DNA of 62,303 bases, filler included, from Dimargaris cristalligena (lineage: Eukaryota): NCBI GenBank assembly GCA_003614675.1. It is 6 parts of 6 records of this genome, joined end to end, with 100 filler letters (N's around TTAATTAATTAA, not from the genome) between each part and the next. Parts side by side here need not be neighbours in the genome. Positions count along the whole stretch, not along the records: positions 1 to 10,350 come from ML003196.1; positions 10,451 to 20,771 come from ML003197.1; 4 more parts are not named here. One strand, written 5' to 3'. A program made the position numbers and the translations under genes. The notes under the pieces are model-generated. The model was not told where the DNA came from, made no database searches, and saw only the letters and a program-made list of their open reading frames with translations. Positions 1-11,102 of the stretch are shown one piece after another (the stretch's first letter is position 1; the number at the start of each line of letters is the position of its first letter).

Positions 1-402
1 GCGGAGAAAGGGTTAAGACAGGAAGGCGACTTGGAGGCAGAACTAGATGTGTCGCCCAGGGCTGGTGTAGTTCAGAATGGTTTACAATGGGAGGGATCCA
101 TAGGTGTATATATAGGGCAGTTGGCGAGTGTAGGGCTGTGCTGGGGAAATGTGCAGAAACTTTATGAATATTAGGGACGCTTCACGAAAGTATCCAAATA
201 CTGGAGAAGTCTCTGGAAGATATCCGAAGCTGGAGGACGCGTCCGGACATGGAGTGCCCGGACATCAGCAGCAACCATATTCCCATGGAACACACAACCA
301 ACTTCAAATTCTCATATCTCCATGAATAATAATCCAAATTGAGTGGTTGAACATGTTCCAGAAAGCTCTGGACAAGGAAAACAACCTGGCAAGACTGTGA
401 CT
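1..402 (-). repeat. LTR of the Ty3/gypsy relic at 403-3080 (its 3' LTR; runs off the window start)
   Basis: The reverse complement aligns by eye along ~400 bp to 6563-6985, including an identical 17-mer CTCCCATTGTAAACCAT (77-93 minus; 6891-6907 plus). It has a TATA-like CTATATATA and lies downstream of gag-pol on the minus strand. Confidence 0.75.
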
Positions 403-3080
403 AGTCATCCATTTTGAGGTACCTGCGAACCTCATTGGCAGCTGCAGCATCATTCATGGCAGCGGGATTGTCTGGCACCAGGAGGGGCTTGACCTGACCC
501 ACTATAAGCTGGCTAGCAGTGATTCAGTCAGGGGGGCTATGTGTGATGGCATCAAAGCGTTCTCGGGATGAGGAACAGCACAGGATGTATTGTGGCTTGT
601 GTTGTACTGCCCTTAGAGGTACTTGAGGTTGAAGCCAAAGCTTGAGACTTGATCTCTCCAGCTTGCAGACAGCTCAGCTGTGGTTGTGTATTCGGGAATA
701 TCAGCAACTGGCAGTCAGGGAACACCCTGAATTGCTGGCCAATGAGTTGGTGCTGATTTGCTGCCAGGATCTGACTATAGCCAGAACGCCTTCTTCTGGA
801 AAAGCCTGTTTAGTCTGCCTGTTTCATCTACCCGCTAACGAAGCTGACAAGTTAGAAGCAAGAAAGGTCAGGCAGGCCTCTTATCAAGGTGTGCAGCGGC
901 GAAAGAATTAAGTTAATCTAGCGGGTCGCTTGGGCTACCTATTCTCGGATTGCGAAGTCTGATGCATCAGAGAACGCCTAGTTCAGTTTCAACGGGTAGT
1001 AGCATGCGAGTGCCGGTGGCATGGGAATGGCAGCCTTTAGGAGTTGAAACGACTGTTTCTTCCCCCCCCGTGTACTGGCACTGTACAGTGCCTGACTGGA
1101 GACATGGCAGGGGTAGTGCAATTTGGGAGGAGCCAACAATCTAGTTGCCGAGGTAGTATCTGAAGCTGAGAAATGATTGGATGTCGGCAGTGTTGCAAGG
1201 GGTAGCCCATGGCAGACAGTTGTGATCTTCGATTGCATAACCAACACACCGTTGCTTCCCAGTTCTTGTCTGCAGAATTAGACACATGATCGCCCTAGTG
1301 GCACGTTGTCCTCTAAATGTTGAGCTGTTTCTCGGCAAGGATGCGGAGTACTTCATTGACGTGGTTCTTGGCTTCTTGACTCCTTGGAAGAGGGGTTTGA
1401 TTGCGTTTTGCGACACGGTTGAGTCCACTGTAGTCGAGGTACATCTGCAGATGGCAGTCTTCCTCTTTGGCAAATACAACAGTTGGGCAACAGGCAAATT
1501 GTGAATAACGGATTCAGCCCTTGTTGAGGAACTCATCAATCTGGCACGCAATTTGTCGGATTTGGTCTGAGCCATTGGAAGAACTTTGGTTTGGTGCCTT
1601 CCTCAAGTGTGATTTTGAAGTTCAGGTTGCTGCGGTCAGGGGGTATGACCTTGTTTGGTTTGGAGAGGCAGGTGGGGTCGTACTTCTTAATCACATCACA
1701 GATGATGCCTTCCAAGCGGTTGTCGGAGGGGGGTAGGCCTGGACGGCTTTCCTCCGCTGGTAAAGGTCCTCCTCGTGGAGAAGCTCTGTTGTGTGGATTC
1801 TGATTTGGTAATGTTTGTTTGGATTAGGGCAGAAGCGCAACATTAGCACATAGTCAAATTGCCTCCTAAGCAAGGCCCATATCAAAGTATTGGTTTCAGG
1901 ATTTCCTAGCCTTTGGTGGGCTCCAATTGCAGAGTCAGTGGCTATGGCAGGTCCGTCTCCAAGATGTTGATGCGGGAAACAGCATAGTGATGTGTCGCAA
2001 TACTTCACCAGCAATGGGCTGAGCCCCCCAGGCTCTTTTTTGTTGGGCTGAACTCAAAGGGTGTAAGTATGGCCCTTGAAAACAGGTTAAAGGGCTGGCC
2101 TGGCTATATTTTTAGCCCAAACTGTTAATTGACCAGCGAGGAATCAGGCACGAGGGAGCCTGAGTATGAGGTGCTAATGGATTAGGGCCAGGATGAGTTG
2201 TAGCAACAACAGGGTGATGGTGTTCTAGGTGAGGAGGTCCTGTAGGCTGATTTCGGCGCAGGCCAAGTGTGAGGAGGAGAATTCTACGCCGCAGGTTGCC
2301 AACCAGTCATGCAGGGGGACATAGGACTTGACTTTGCAGATCCGATGATGCTTCTTATGCAAGTTGGAGACCACTAATGTGTTGCATCTAAAGTCAGCGA
2401 GGATTTGGAAGAAGAAGGTTTTCGAAGGGAACAGTGTCTTCTTGTCGTCTGCGTACTTGTCTGGTCGGTTGCCACTAATACCCTGGTGAGCCATTGGGGG
2501 AATAGTGTGTTCCTCCCCGTCACTGGTCTCGCCACGCCTACTGCCCTGGTTTGATCAATGTCTGTCAGCTTTTGGCTCTCAGACATTTAGCGATGTAGAC
2601 TTGGACAGCATCAAGGGAGTCAGCAGTCTTCTCTATGCTGTTCTTGTTACCACCGAACATGGGGACCTGCTCCCTGTGCACGGCTTGGATGGACTTGAAG
2701 ATTTCCATGGCAAGTGGGTTCACCTGCTGCAGTGACAGCCCAGTGGTAGGGGCGCGGTGGAACTTATGGCCCCCAGCAGCTGGGCAAACTGGCTCAGTGT
2801 GAGATGAACTGACGTAAATTGGCACTCTATGACAGCGAGGGGAAAATGATGTAAATTAACCTAAGATGGAGGTGGCTGGAGTGGAAACAACAAGGAAAAA
2901 GAAGAAGATTTCTGAAGACAACGCAGGCGAAGGCACTGCAGCAGTTTTGGGAAGGAAGTATGGGTATGATTGAGGGGAAGAATCTGACTAGAGACCACAG
3001 GTCAGTCTGATCTCGCTATGTACAATGTAGATGGGGATTCCAAGGGGAGCACGGGAAATCCCTCACTTGAAGCAGAGTCA
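403..3080 (-). mobile_element. Degenerate Ty3/gypsy LTR retrotransposon (gag, deleted RT, RNase H remnants)
   Basis: Minus-strand fragments: gag-like VPMFGGNKNSIEKTADSLDAVQVY and RPDKYADDKK (2825-2400); RT N-terminus PPDRSNLNFKITLEEGTKP (~1640-1590); QTPLPR followed by NHVNEVLRILAEKQLNI; RNase H-like FQLLKAAIPMPPALACY and SDFAIRE*VAQ (~1050-930). Many stops and frameshifts. Confidence 0.8.
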
Positions 3081-3099
3081 CACCAAGGTTGGAGATATG

Positions 3100-3305
3100 T
3101 GTTACGAGTGAAGTCCGAAGTTGGACCGGGAACATAAAAGGGTCCCGCTGGTGAAGGGCTCAAGACTGCATGCTCCCATACTCAAATTGAATCCCGCTTA
3201 TTAATCCCACACTTATAAATTGAGGGGAAAAGGATACATTTGAGTCGAAAGGGGCACAAATCAGCACACACCCCATAGATTCCGCAGCCCATGAAGATCG
3301 CTACA
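3100..3305 (+). repeat. Possible short LTR (TGTTAC...TACA) of another element
   Basis: TG...CA termini with an internal TATAAA, abutting the gypsy relic. No second copy in the window. Confidence 0.25.
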
Positions 3306-4319
3306 GAATTGAATTTGAAGCGCGTAGGAGTTCGGGATTTGGAAGGGGTTGAAATTGGTAGCCCCACAGTGTTCAAACCTGTTTGTTGAGTAGGCGCCGG
3401 GACGACTTAAAGGATGAGGAGTGGGATTTTGATGAGAAAGAGAAGCGTTTACTTCTGCTAAAGGATTGGACCAAAATATTTTGGAAGGAGGCTTTGGAAG
3501 GCTTAACAGGGGAAAAGAAGGAGAAGGTTATAGTGTATTCTCTTCCACCGTCTTGCATCGCAACACAGCCAATTCGGTAATGGTAATCCATTCCATCGCG
3601 CTTGCATTGCATCATGTGCGGATGTTCTCAGGTCCTCCTGGAGTTCTCTGGCTCCCTCTTGCGTGGTAATGCCGGCTCAGTTCAAAGGCGATGTCTCCTC
3701 TTGATTGGAAATGTGTGCAGTTATTCTTGGGTCGACAGAAGGGCTCCATCCAGTTGGACGCTGAGCCTATACAGTCAATTTGTCATGCGCTAGGGATATC
3801 CTGCTCCCTCTTGCGTTGTAATGTGTAAGGTTGTGGGGTTATGCAGCGCCCTCTTGCGTTGTAACGCAGGGTGTTATTGAATCCCTCCCTCTTGCCCAAA
3901 GGAGGAGGCGGTTCTGAGTTCAGGAATGGCAGGAGTCTCAACCAGTTGAAGCCAGGTCAGTCAAGCTAAGGCTTCAGAGCCTTTTCACTAATTTTATCAT
4001 TCGTTTGCACTTGCTGTCGGGCTGCAGGTGGAGAGCCGTGGGAACATTGTTCTGCATGCCAGTAAATTTGGTGAATGCTTGCCAGCAGGCAGACATGACC
4101 GTGGCTTCATGGTCCTTGGCTAAGACCTGAGGGCAGCCCACCTGGGAGTATACCCGCAGGGTTGAAGAGATCTGTTTGCCCTGTCCACCACGAGTTGATC
4201 AGGACAAGGATGATCCCGGAAGAGATGTAGTAATTGAAGTGAAGGCAGCTATCATACAGCTCACTGTGTGGCCCGAGTGATACTGGCATGGCAAACGCAT
4301 CCGATTCGACCATCTCCTA

Positions 4320-6005
4320 GCAGGTGTGATGTATCATGAGAGTATGGGGGAAGCCATACCTTTGTTGGGATCCTGAAAGGATTGCCAATCCACACAGCTG
4401 GTGGTGTCCTGCTTGATCTCAGAGAACATAGATTGCCAGTTGTACCTCGTGACAATTTTCATGATCGTCTTAGTCTGACACTGGTGACGGCCATCATCAG
4501 TTCAGCCGTGGTACCAATCCACGATGTACCCCAGCAAGGTCCGCGGAATGAAGAGTGGGCAGTTGTAGTAGAGGAAGCTATTGTTCAATCCATTTTTGGC
4601 AATGTCTCTTGGGTTTGGGGCTTTGTTTCGGGCGCTAGCTAGCTGTGCCTTGATGTTGACGGCATTGTCATCGATGGTGATGGAGTGGAGCCATCCAGCA
4701 GCTTTTTCTGGGTTGAAGATGTAGTTGGCTAGTCAGTTAGTTGATCACGCCTCAACATGGGAGATGAATAGGGTGCTGAAGAGGATCTCTTCTTCACATT
4801 TAGCATGCTAGGGTGCATATTTAGGCGCGCAAGAGAGAAGATGTGCAACGGTGTTGAAATGATCCGGCAATCAGTCAATGGAGAAGTGGAATTCCTGACG
4901 TTTTCTGATCCAACCAGCTTTTCAGCAGCTAAGTTTGGCTGAGTATTCAGATAGATGTGGGACTTATAGTTGGTGAAGGCCCGGAATTGGATGCCAATGA
5001 GCTCAGGCCATTGGCTATCAGGAGTTTGAGGAGGGTAAGTAGCTGTTTCTTATGTAATGGGTAGTTCAGCTGCACTGGCTTCACCTTGCGACTGAAGTAT
5101 GAGATAGGTCGTAGTTGAGGTAGGTTGGTCAGCCCCCTGATAGTGGACACAAGCGGCGTCGGAAACGGATCTTTGTCCTTAGGGCGCTGAGCCACCCATT
5201 CTCCTATGGTGCAGTCGGAGGCATTGGAGAAGACTGAGGTTCGGAGGCTTGGATCATAGCGGGCAAGCACTGGCGTGGTGGAGATGCCCAAAGGAAAACT
5301 GGTCGTGGTTATTCAAGACCCTGGGTGTTTTTTCTATTTGTGGCACTGAAAGTTGGTAGGCAATCTCCGATTAGTTGTTGATGTACAGCAGGAGGTGGTT
5401 GACAGATCATAGGAAGGACTGGATGTCGCAGGTTTTTTGCCGGGTTTCCCATTCGAAGACAGTGGCAATTTTGGATGGAGCGATTGAGATGCTCTCGTGC
5501 CCAACTTGATGGCCACAGAAGGGGACTCCTTCTTTGCCCCAGAGGCATTCGCTAGGCTTGATGTTTAGCTGCTGCTTGGCCAGCATGGCCAGGACTTCTT
5601 CAAAGTGTTGCTTCTGTTCTTCAGTGTTGGAATAGACTAGGATGTTGCCACGGTAATGCATTAATCACAAACTTGTTGTATAGGTGAACAAGGATGAAGT
5701 TTGTGAAGTGATGGAAGCAGGGAGGGGCGTTTGATAGTCCGAACTGCATGACTAGGAACTCATAGTGACAGTATCCTGTTCAAATAGCTGTTTTCTCAAT
5801 AGTGTTGTCTGCAACCTGGATTGGATGGTAGGCATCTCCGCTGTCTACAAGGATGAAGTATCTGTCTTTGACTAGTCAGTGGCACATCTCTAGGAGGCTG
5901 GGTGGTGGTGTCTGATCTCGGTTGGTGACAGAGTTAAGGCCATGATGGTTGAGGCATAGTTGCAAGCTGCCGTCTTTTTCTTGGCAAATATGACGGGTGC
6001 TCCCC
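4320..6005 (-). mobile_element. Second degenerate Ty3/gypsy pol fragment (RT, RNase H, start of integrase)
   Basis: APVIFAKK-DGSLQLCLNHHGLN (~6005-5930); YRGNILVYS..EEVLAMLAKQQLNIKPSEC (decayed YxDD region, ORF 5407-5661); PVLARYDP..NASD..RPISYFSRK..NYPLHKKQLL (ORF 4947-5291); HD..H near 4330. Confidence 0.85.
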
Positions 6006-6011
6006 TTCCCG

Positions 6012-6500
6012 CCCCAGACGGCTACATGGCAGACATTGTACAGCAGCCAGCACTAGCAAAGCAACTCAGGGAACTTGAGACCAAATCCCAGGCTTCCCTA
6101 CTGCAGGTTCTAAGTCCATCAACAACAGGAACAGCTTCTAGTTCTTCATTTCGGTACCAACTGCAGCCACAATAACCTTCTAGAATAGAATCACAGCCTC
6201 CGACTATGAAGCATCCACGTCCATCCTGGAGACAGTGTAAACAACCCTCTCCATCTCTGGATGCTTCCAAGACAACCTTGACAACAAATGGCAGCAATTA
6301 ACAAACCTCGGAAATGTCGGCAACTTCATTGAGCCTCCTGGACCCCAAATTAACATCATCAAGTGCACCAAGTCGCAGTTGACATTCGGCAACATTACCC
6401 CTACCCCCATACATGGCTTCCTGGCACTCTTCATGTGGAGGGTGCCGCAGAAGTACAAGGACAACAAAAAAGCCCTCAAGGATCGGGCTTCTGCGATGAT
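6012..6500 (+). pseudogene. Gag-like fragment, opposite orientation to the adjacent pol
   Basis: The broken frame STSILETV*TTL..KWQQLTNL..RVPQKYKDNKK resembles the gag of the first element (TADSLDAVQVY..SQKLTDI..RPDKYADDKK). Confidence 0.35.
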
Positions 6501-6562
6501 GATCTAACACGACCCCCGCTTCCTAAAGCACCCCGTGCTCATGTTCTTCCTCTAGCACATCC

Positions 6563-7105
6563 AGTCATAATCCAGATTCTTGCTGAGCTGTCGTCCTTGT
6601 CAAGAGGTTTCTTGAATATTTTCATTTGTTGGATTTGGATCATTATTGGTGGAGATATGAGGGTTTGAAGTTGGTGCATATCTCTGTGGAAATGTTGAGG
6701 CTGGTGATGCCCACGTCCGGAGTTTCTGGTCGCGTCTTGAGGACTCAGGAATCGTCTAGATACCTCTCCATGATTTGGATACCTTCTTGACGTGTTCCTC
6801 AATATTCCTGAAGCTTCCCCTCCGTTGCCCTAGCACTGCCCCACACCCAGCACAGCCCCAAGCTTCCCCTATAAATAGACCCATGTATCTCTCCCATTGT
6901 AAACCATACTGATCAACACCGGTCCTGGGCAGTACAATCCAGTCCTGCCTCCGAGCCCCTTCCCAGTCTAGACCCCTTCTTATCCTCTTCTCTCCCTGCC
7001 CCCTGTTGATTGCACCTAGGCAACTCCCTCTTCAAGTACAGCCATCAAGTTCACACCCTCCAGACTCCAAAATCAAGCCTACTGCCCCTGACACATCCTC
7101 TGACA
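6563..7105 (+). repeat. LTR, diverged inverted copy of 1-402
   Basis: Colinear with the reverse complement of 1-402 at roughly 75-80% identity in the best block, by eye. TATA box CTATAAATAG near 6869. Candidate 3' end TGACA at 7101-7105. Confidence 0.7.
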
Positions 7106-9850
7106 AAACTGCTCAATGCAAAACAGCTATTGGAACCACAACACAAGTGCCTTCCACCCCAAAGCCGAGTCCTTAAAAACCAATACCAGAAACAACATCA
7201 GGAAGTTGTTTGAGCTACAACTGAATCGAAAACTCAACAATCAATCTCCCCAAACAAATCATTGCCAGTGTCCATCTTTCCATCAATGCATCTCCCTCCT
7301 GATCACCGACCGACTCTAAAACACCACAGGCAACATGGACAGCCCAGATTTGCTGGAGAAAGTTTGCACCCTCCTCCATGAATCGAAGGCCGTAGGGTCA
7401 TTGATTGTTCTCAGCAATGAATAGGGTCGCACATGCCCTCTTCAAGCCCATGCTCTCCTTGGCGCGTTTCCATCTGTCTACAGAGCAGTCACAATCAACC
7501 CATCCGTGACCAACACCATCCCCCTCCACAGGACTGCCGATGTTGAGATGAAACTTTGTGTGTTCATCACTCCACTTACGCTGGCTAAACTCCAAGCTCG
7601 CACAGAGGCCATCCACACTGATCCTGCCGCTACATCGAAATGGACAATCCCAGGCTGGTAAGTGTTCATTTGGGAACTTGTCCGCTAGGACCAAAAACAC
7701 GGGCGCCCCTTTGACAACTCCACAAGATTTGGCATCATCCTCACCCTCTTCATGAAGTTCCAAGACTCAACATCAGGCAACTTCCACAACCACATTGGCG
7801 TCTACTCTCGCAAAGCCCGGAACCTGCGAATCTCGAAAAACTTCTGCTGGAAAGCAATGCCTTCCAAACATGACTCCTCCAATGGGTTGATGCAGTCATC
7901 GGCCTCTATCAAGAGGCATGCACAAGGTAAAAAAAAGTAATCACTTTGCCAACATCATAATCCAACTAAGACTCAAGAGATCAAACACCTCCCCACCTTA
8001 CGTGACGACCTCAACTTCAGTCGCCTCCGAGCCAGTTCTCACCAGCGCTACTTACACGTCGACCCCAGTTATGACAAACCCAGTAACTGCAGAGCCCATA
8101 GACATCAATCAGCCCATAGTCTTCAATGAATGGAAGGCATGCAGCGCTCCCCATCCCACCACCTGAAAGCCCATCGACACCTTCAATCAAGCATGCAGCG
8201 CCACACACCTGGAACCTCCTCGTCCCCGGCAAAGAGTTCATCCTGCCCCACTGATTTGCCACTCCTAATTTCAGAACATGCTTGAAGGCTGTGTGCCCTC
8301 GATTACTGCTACACCTGCAACGGCATTGTCCAAATAAATGACAAAATGAAGCTTGACTACCACGTCATGACCACTGGCAAAGGATAGCAACTAATGAGTC
8401 TCCTGATCGACTACAAGTACCATCCCCCCCTCCTTAACAACAGCAGATTGACCTTCTTCAAAAAAGTGATTCGCTTGGAAATGGCCGGGATCCACTCACG
8501 CACCAATGTCATCCCACCGCACTCAGCCCCCCTGCAGCACCCTTCAAACAATGTCACCCTCTGGGACCAATGGCACATACTTATGTACTATGACAAGATA
8601 CCTGACCCAGAAAACACAGAGGTCAAGGCTGCATCACTCTGAATGCTCCTCTTCACCCTGTAGCCTCTCCACACCAACGTTAGGGGACAGCGCACAAGGT
8701 ATGTGGACACAAGAAACAGAGCTTGCAAGTCGCTCACCCCGTCAATGCACTCCATGAGAAAAGAACTGTTCCAACTCTGACCTCGGTCCAAAGCGGCCAA
8801 ACCAAAGACCCCCTTGATCGCTTGCACCTGGAGCTCCTCTGGTCCCCCAAACAAACCTCCATGGCTGTAATAGACAAGCAAGAGGACAACAACAAGAGGG
8901 TCAACCTGGACTCATCATTAATCAAAATCACGGACTTCGGCGAGGTCAACTTCCAGCTAATTGTCACCACCACAACCAAAGCAGAAAAGGCCACGATCAA
9001 CACCCTCTGCATTGATCTGTCAAAATAAAACCTGTCCTGGTTCACACCGCCCTCCACCGATGTCTACAAGCTCATCATATCAACTTGTGACGTGATGGAG
9101 GCTTTCAAAGCGCTTGACAATGCCATGAAAGAAAGGAGGCCAGCTCCACACACTTGACACAGACACGGCCCCCATCAGTGGCATGGCAACCACATCGTTC
9201 CTCATCTCCCCTCCCGACTAAGCAAGAATCTAAGTCACCAACCACTGGCCGATCCCTGTTGACCAGATCAAGTTCATAGCAGAACACCTCTCTGACATTG
9301 CAACCCCCTCGAGCAGAACCAATAGGACCTCGTCCTCCTCATCTGCGATCATGTCTTCACATTGTTTTGCAGCATCCACAACAATATCCAGCATCTTATG
9401 CTCTTGGTCCAAGGTCACACCTCTACCAGCAAAACAGAGATGCGCGAGTGCATTTCCATGATCTTGGATATGGTGAGCGCTCCCTGGATGTAATAGCCGG
9501 TCTCTTTCATGGCTACCACTGCAGTCCTTCTCCACGTTGAAACAATGCCCCCCCCGAATGAACACTGCAGTTGACCAGAAGTTTGACAAGGCCAAGTGCT
9601 CTAACATGCTCCGACACATCTGGTAGGTGGTCATCGATAATGCAAAGTTGGCGCCATCTGAACTCATTGGCAAAATGGAGGAGGCGTTTAAGCTCAGCCA
9701 CAAAATCAACCAATTGTTTGGGAACACATCAATCATCTTCATAACGGACTTCAACGAGCTGGTCTCAGTCATCTGGTCACAGAGCCTGGCTGCCCAACCG
9801 CCAATGTACCTGGTCCGAAAATACAGAGAAGGAGCAATGCTCTAGCCCAC
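7106..9850 (+). mobile_element. Degenerate Helitron2/Helentron-type RepHel (HUH Rep + PIF1 helicase)
   Basis: Motifs in the expected order: KAVGSLIVLS; LQAHALLGAFPSVYRAVTINP (Rep motif 1); IHTDPAA; KFQDSTSGNFHNHIGVY (EFQxRGxxHxH-like, ~7755-7805); DYKYHPPLL; LLVQGHTSTSKT (decayed Walker A); VVIDNAKL..LFGNTSIIFITDFNELVSV (PIF1 IIDE..FGG..GDFxQL motifs, 9627-9770). Confidence 0.75.
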
Positions 9851-10350
9851 TTCAGAGACCTGTTTGTTGCTGGTACAAAACATACAGCCATAACGACAAC
9901 CAAAACCACTACAACCCCAGACCCCAGCCCCCCCGACTCTTCAGCGCTAATTTCACCACTTCCTGTCTCCCCCGACACAGGAAAGATCGCACGAACATCA
10001 TCTTCTCAGATACCGCCAGCGAGCTAAGCGAAACTCCCGACTCCCCCACGAATGGCTACTCAGGGTCGTTTACATGGTGCCAAGACATACCCTTTATCTA
10101 CACCAGTAACAGCCTCAGACGCAACTGGGGACTCACCATTGGCACGGCTGTGTTTGCAGACTGCCTCATCCTGCACCCTGGCAAGCGTCCCCTTCCTACC
10201 GCACCCAGATTTGGCTGCAGCCTCAACCCCCTCCCCATCAGTCTCGGCCGAGATCCACTGTCCCTTGAAACAATCAACGCCAACCTGAAATGACAGCCAC
10301 TGGAACTTGACAGATTCCCCCTCTCCATGTTTGTCCTCGCACCCACAATA

Positions 10351-10450
10351 NNNNNNNNNNNNNNNNNNNNNNNNNNNNNNNNNNNNNNNNNNNNTTAATT
10401 AATTAANNNNNNNNNNNNNNNNNNNNNNNNNNNNNNNNNNNNNNNNNNNN
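10351..10450. other. Artificial contig spacer
   Basis: N44 + TTAATTAATTAA (stop in all six frames) + N44. Confidence 0.98.
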
Positions 10451-11102
10451 ACTTTTACCCTATAAACCTTGAATTATACTTAAACGGGTATGCTAGTAGG
10501 TTAATTCGGTTGAAGTCATTTGACACTATACTATACAACCATCTTCAGGCAGCTATACTTGTCGCTGTTATTGGGAAGATGAATCATGGGGTGATCTCTG
10601 CACTCTATTAACTAGAATGGCAGCCGCCCGGCTGGAGAGTCATACGTGGTTGTAAAGTTATCTACGAAGAGCTCAAGGTTGATGATTATTGATATTTATA
10701 AAAGGCTATTTATACATACATACAAAGGGAAATATAAATGAAAGAATGGGCGACGCTGGTCGGAATGATTGAATAAGTTGATTCAAGACCGATTGGTAGC
10801 AGAAATGGTGGTTATGAAGATATTGGATATGCAGCAAATGACAAAGGAGCATATAAATATATATAAAGATAACGATAGTTGCCATATCTCTATGCGCCAT
10901 GTCATGTATGTTGAGCAACCAGGCCCGACATAATAGCACAGCGAAATATGTAGAAAATGTGGCAAAAAATCGAAAGAAGCGCTTGATTCAAGGCAACTGA
11001 GTACGAGTTGTGTTTGTTTGTGGGTATTTTTTTTAAAAAAAAATGGATGCGTTAGATATAGTGAAACTATAAGGGATCGCTGGTAAGATATATAAAAAGC
11101 CC

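Noticed and set aside
3806..3864. Direct repeat CCCTCTTGCGTTGTAA (two copies, plus a partial third nearby)
   Set aside because: A short local duplication within transposon debris, with too few units for an array.
1..6985. One large element with terminal inverted repeats (DIRS or DNA transposon)
   Set aside because: The repeats are too diverged, the interior is a patchwork of separate gypsy fragments, and I saw no tyrosine recombinase or transposase motif.
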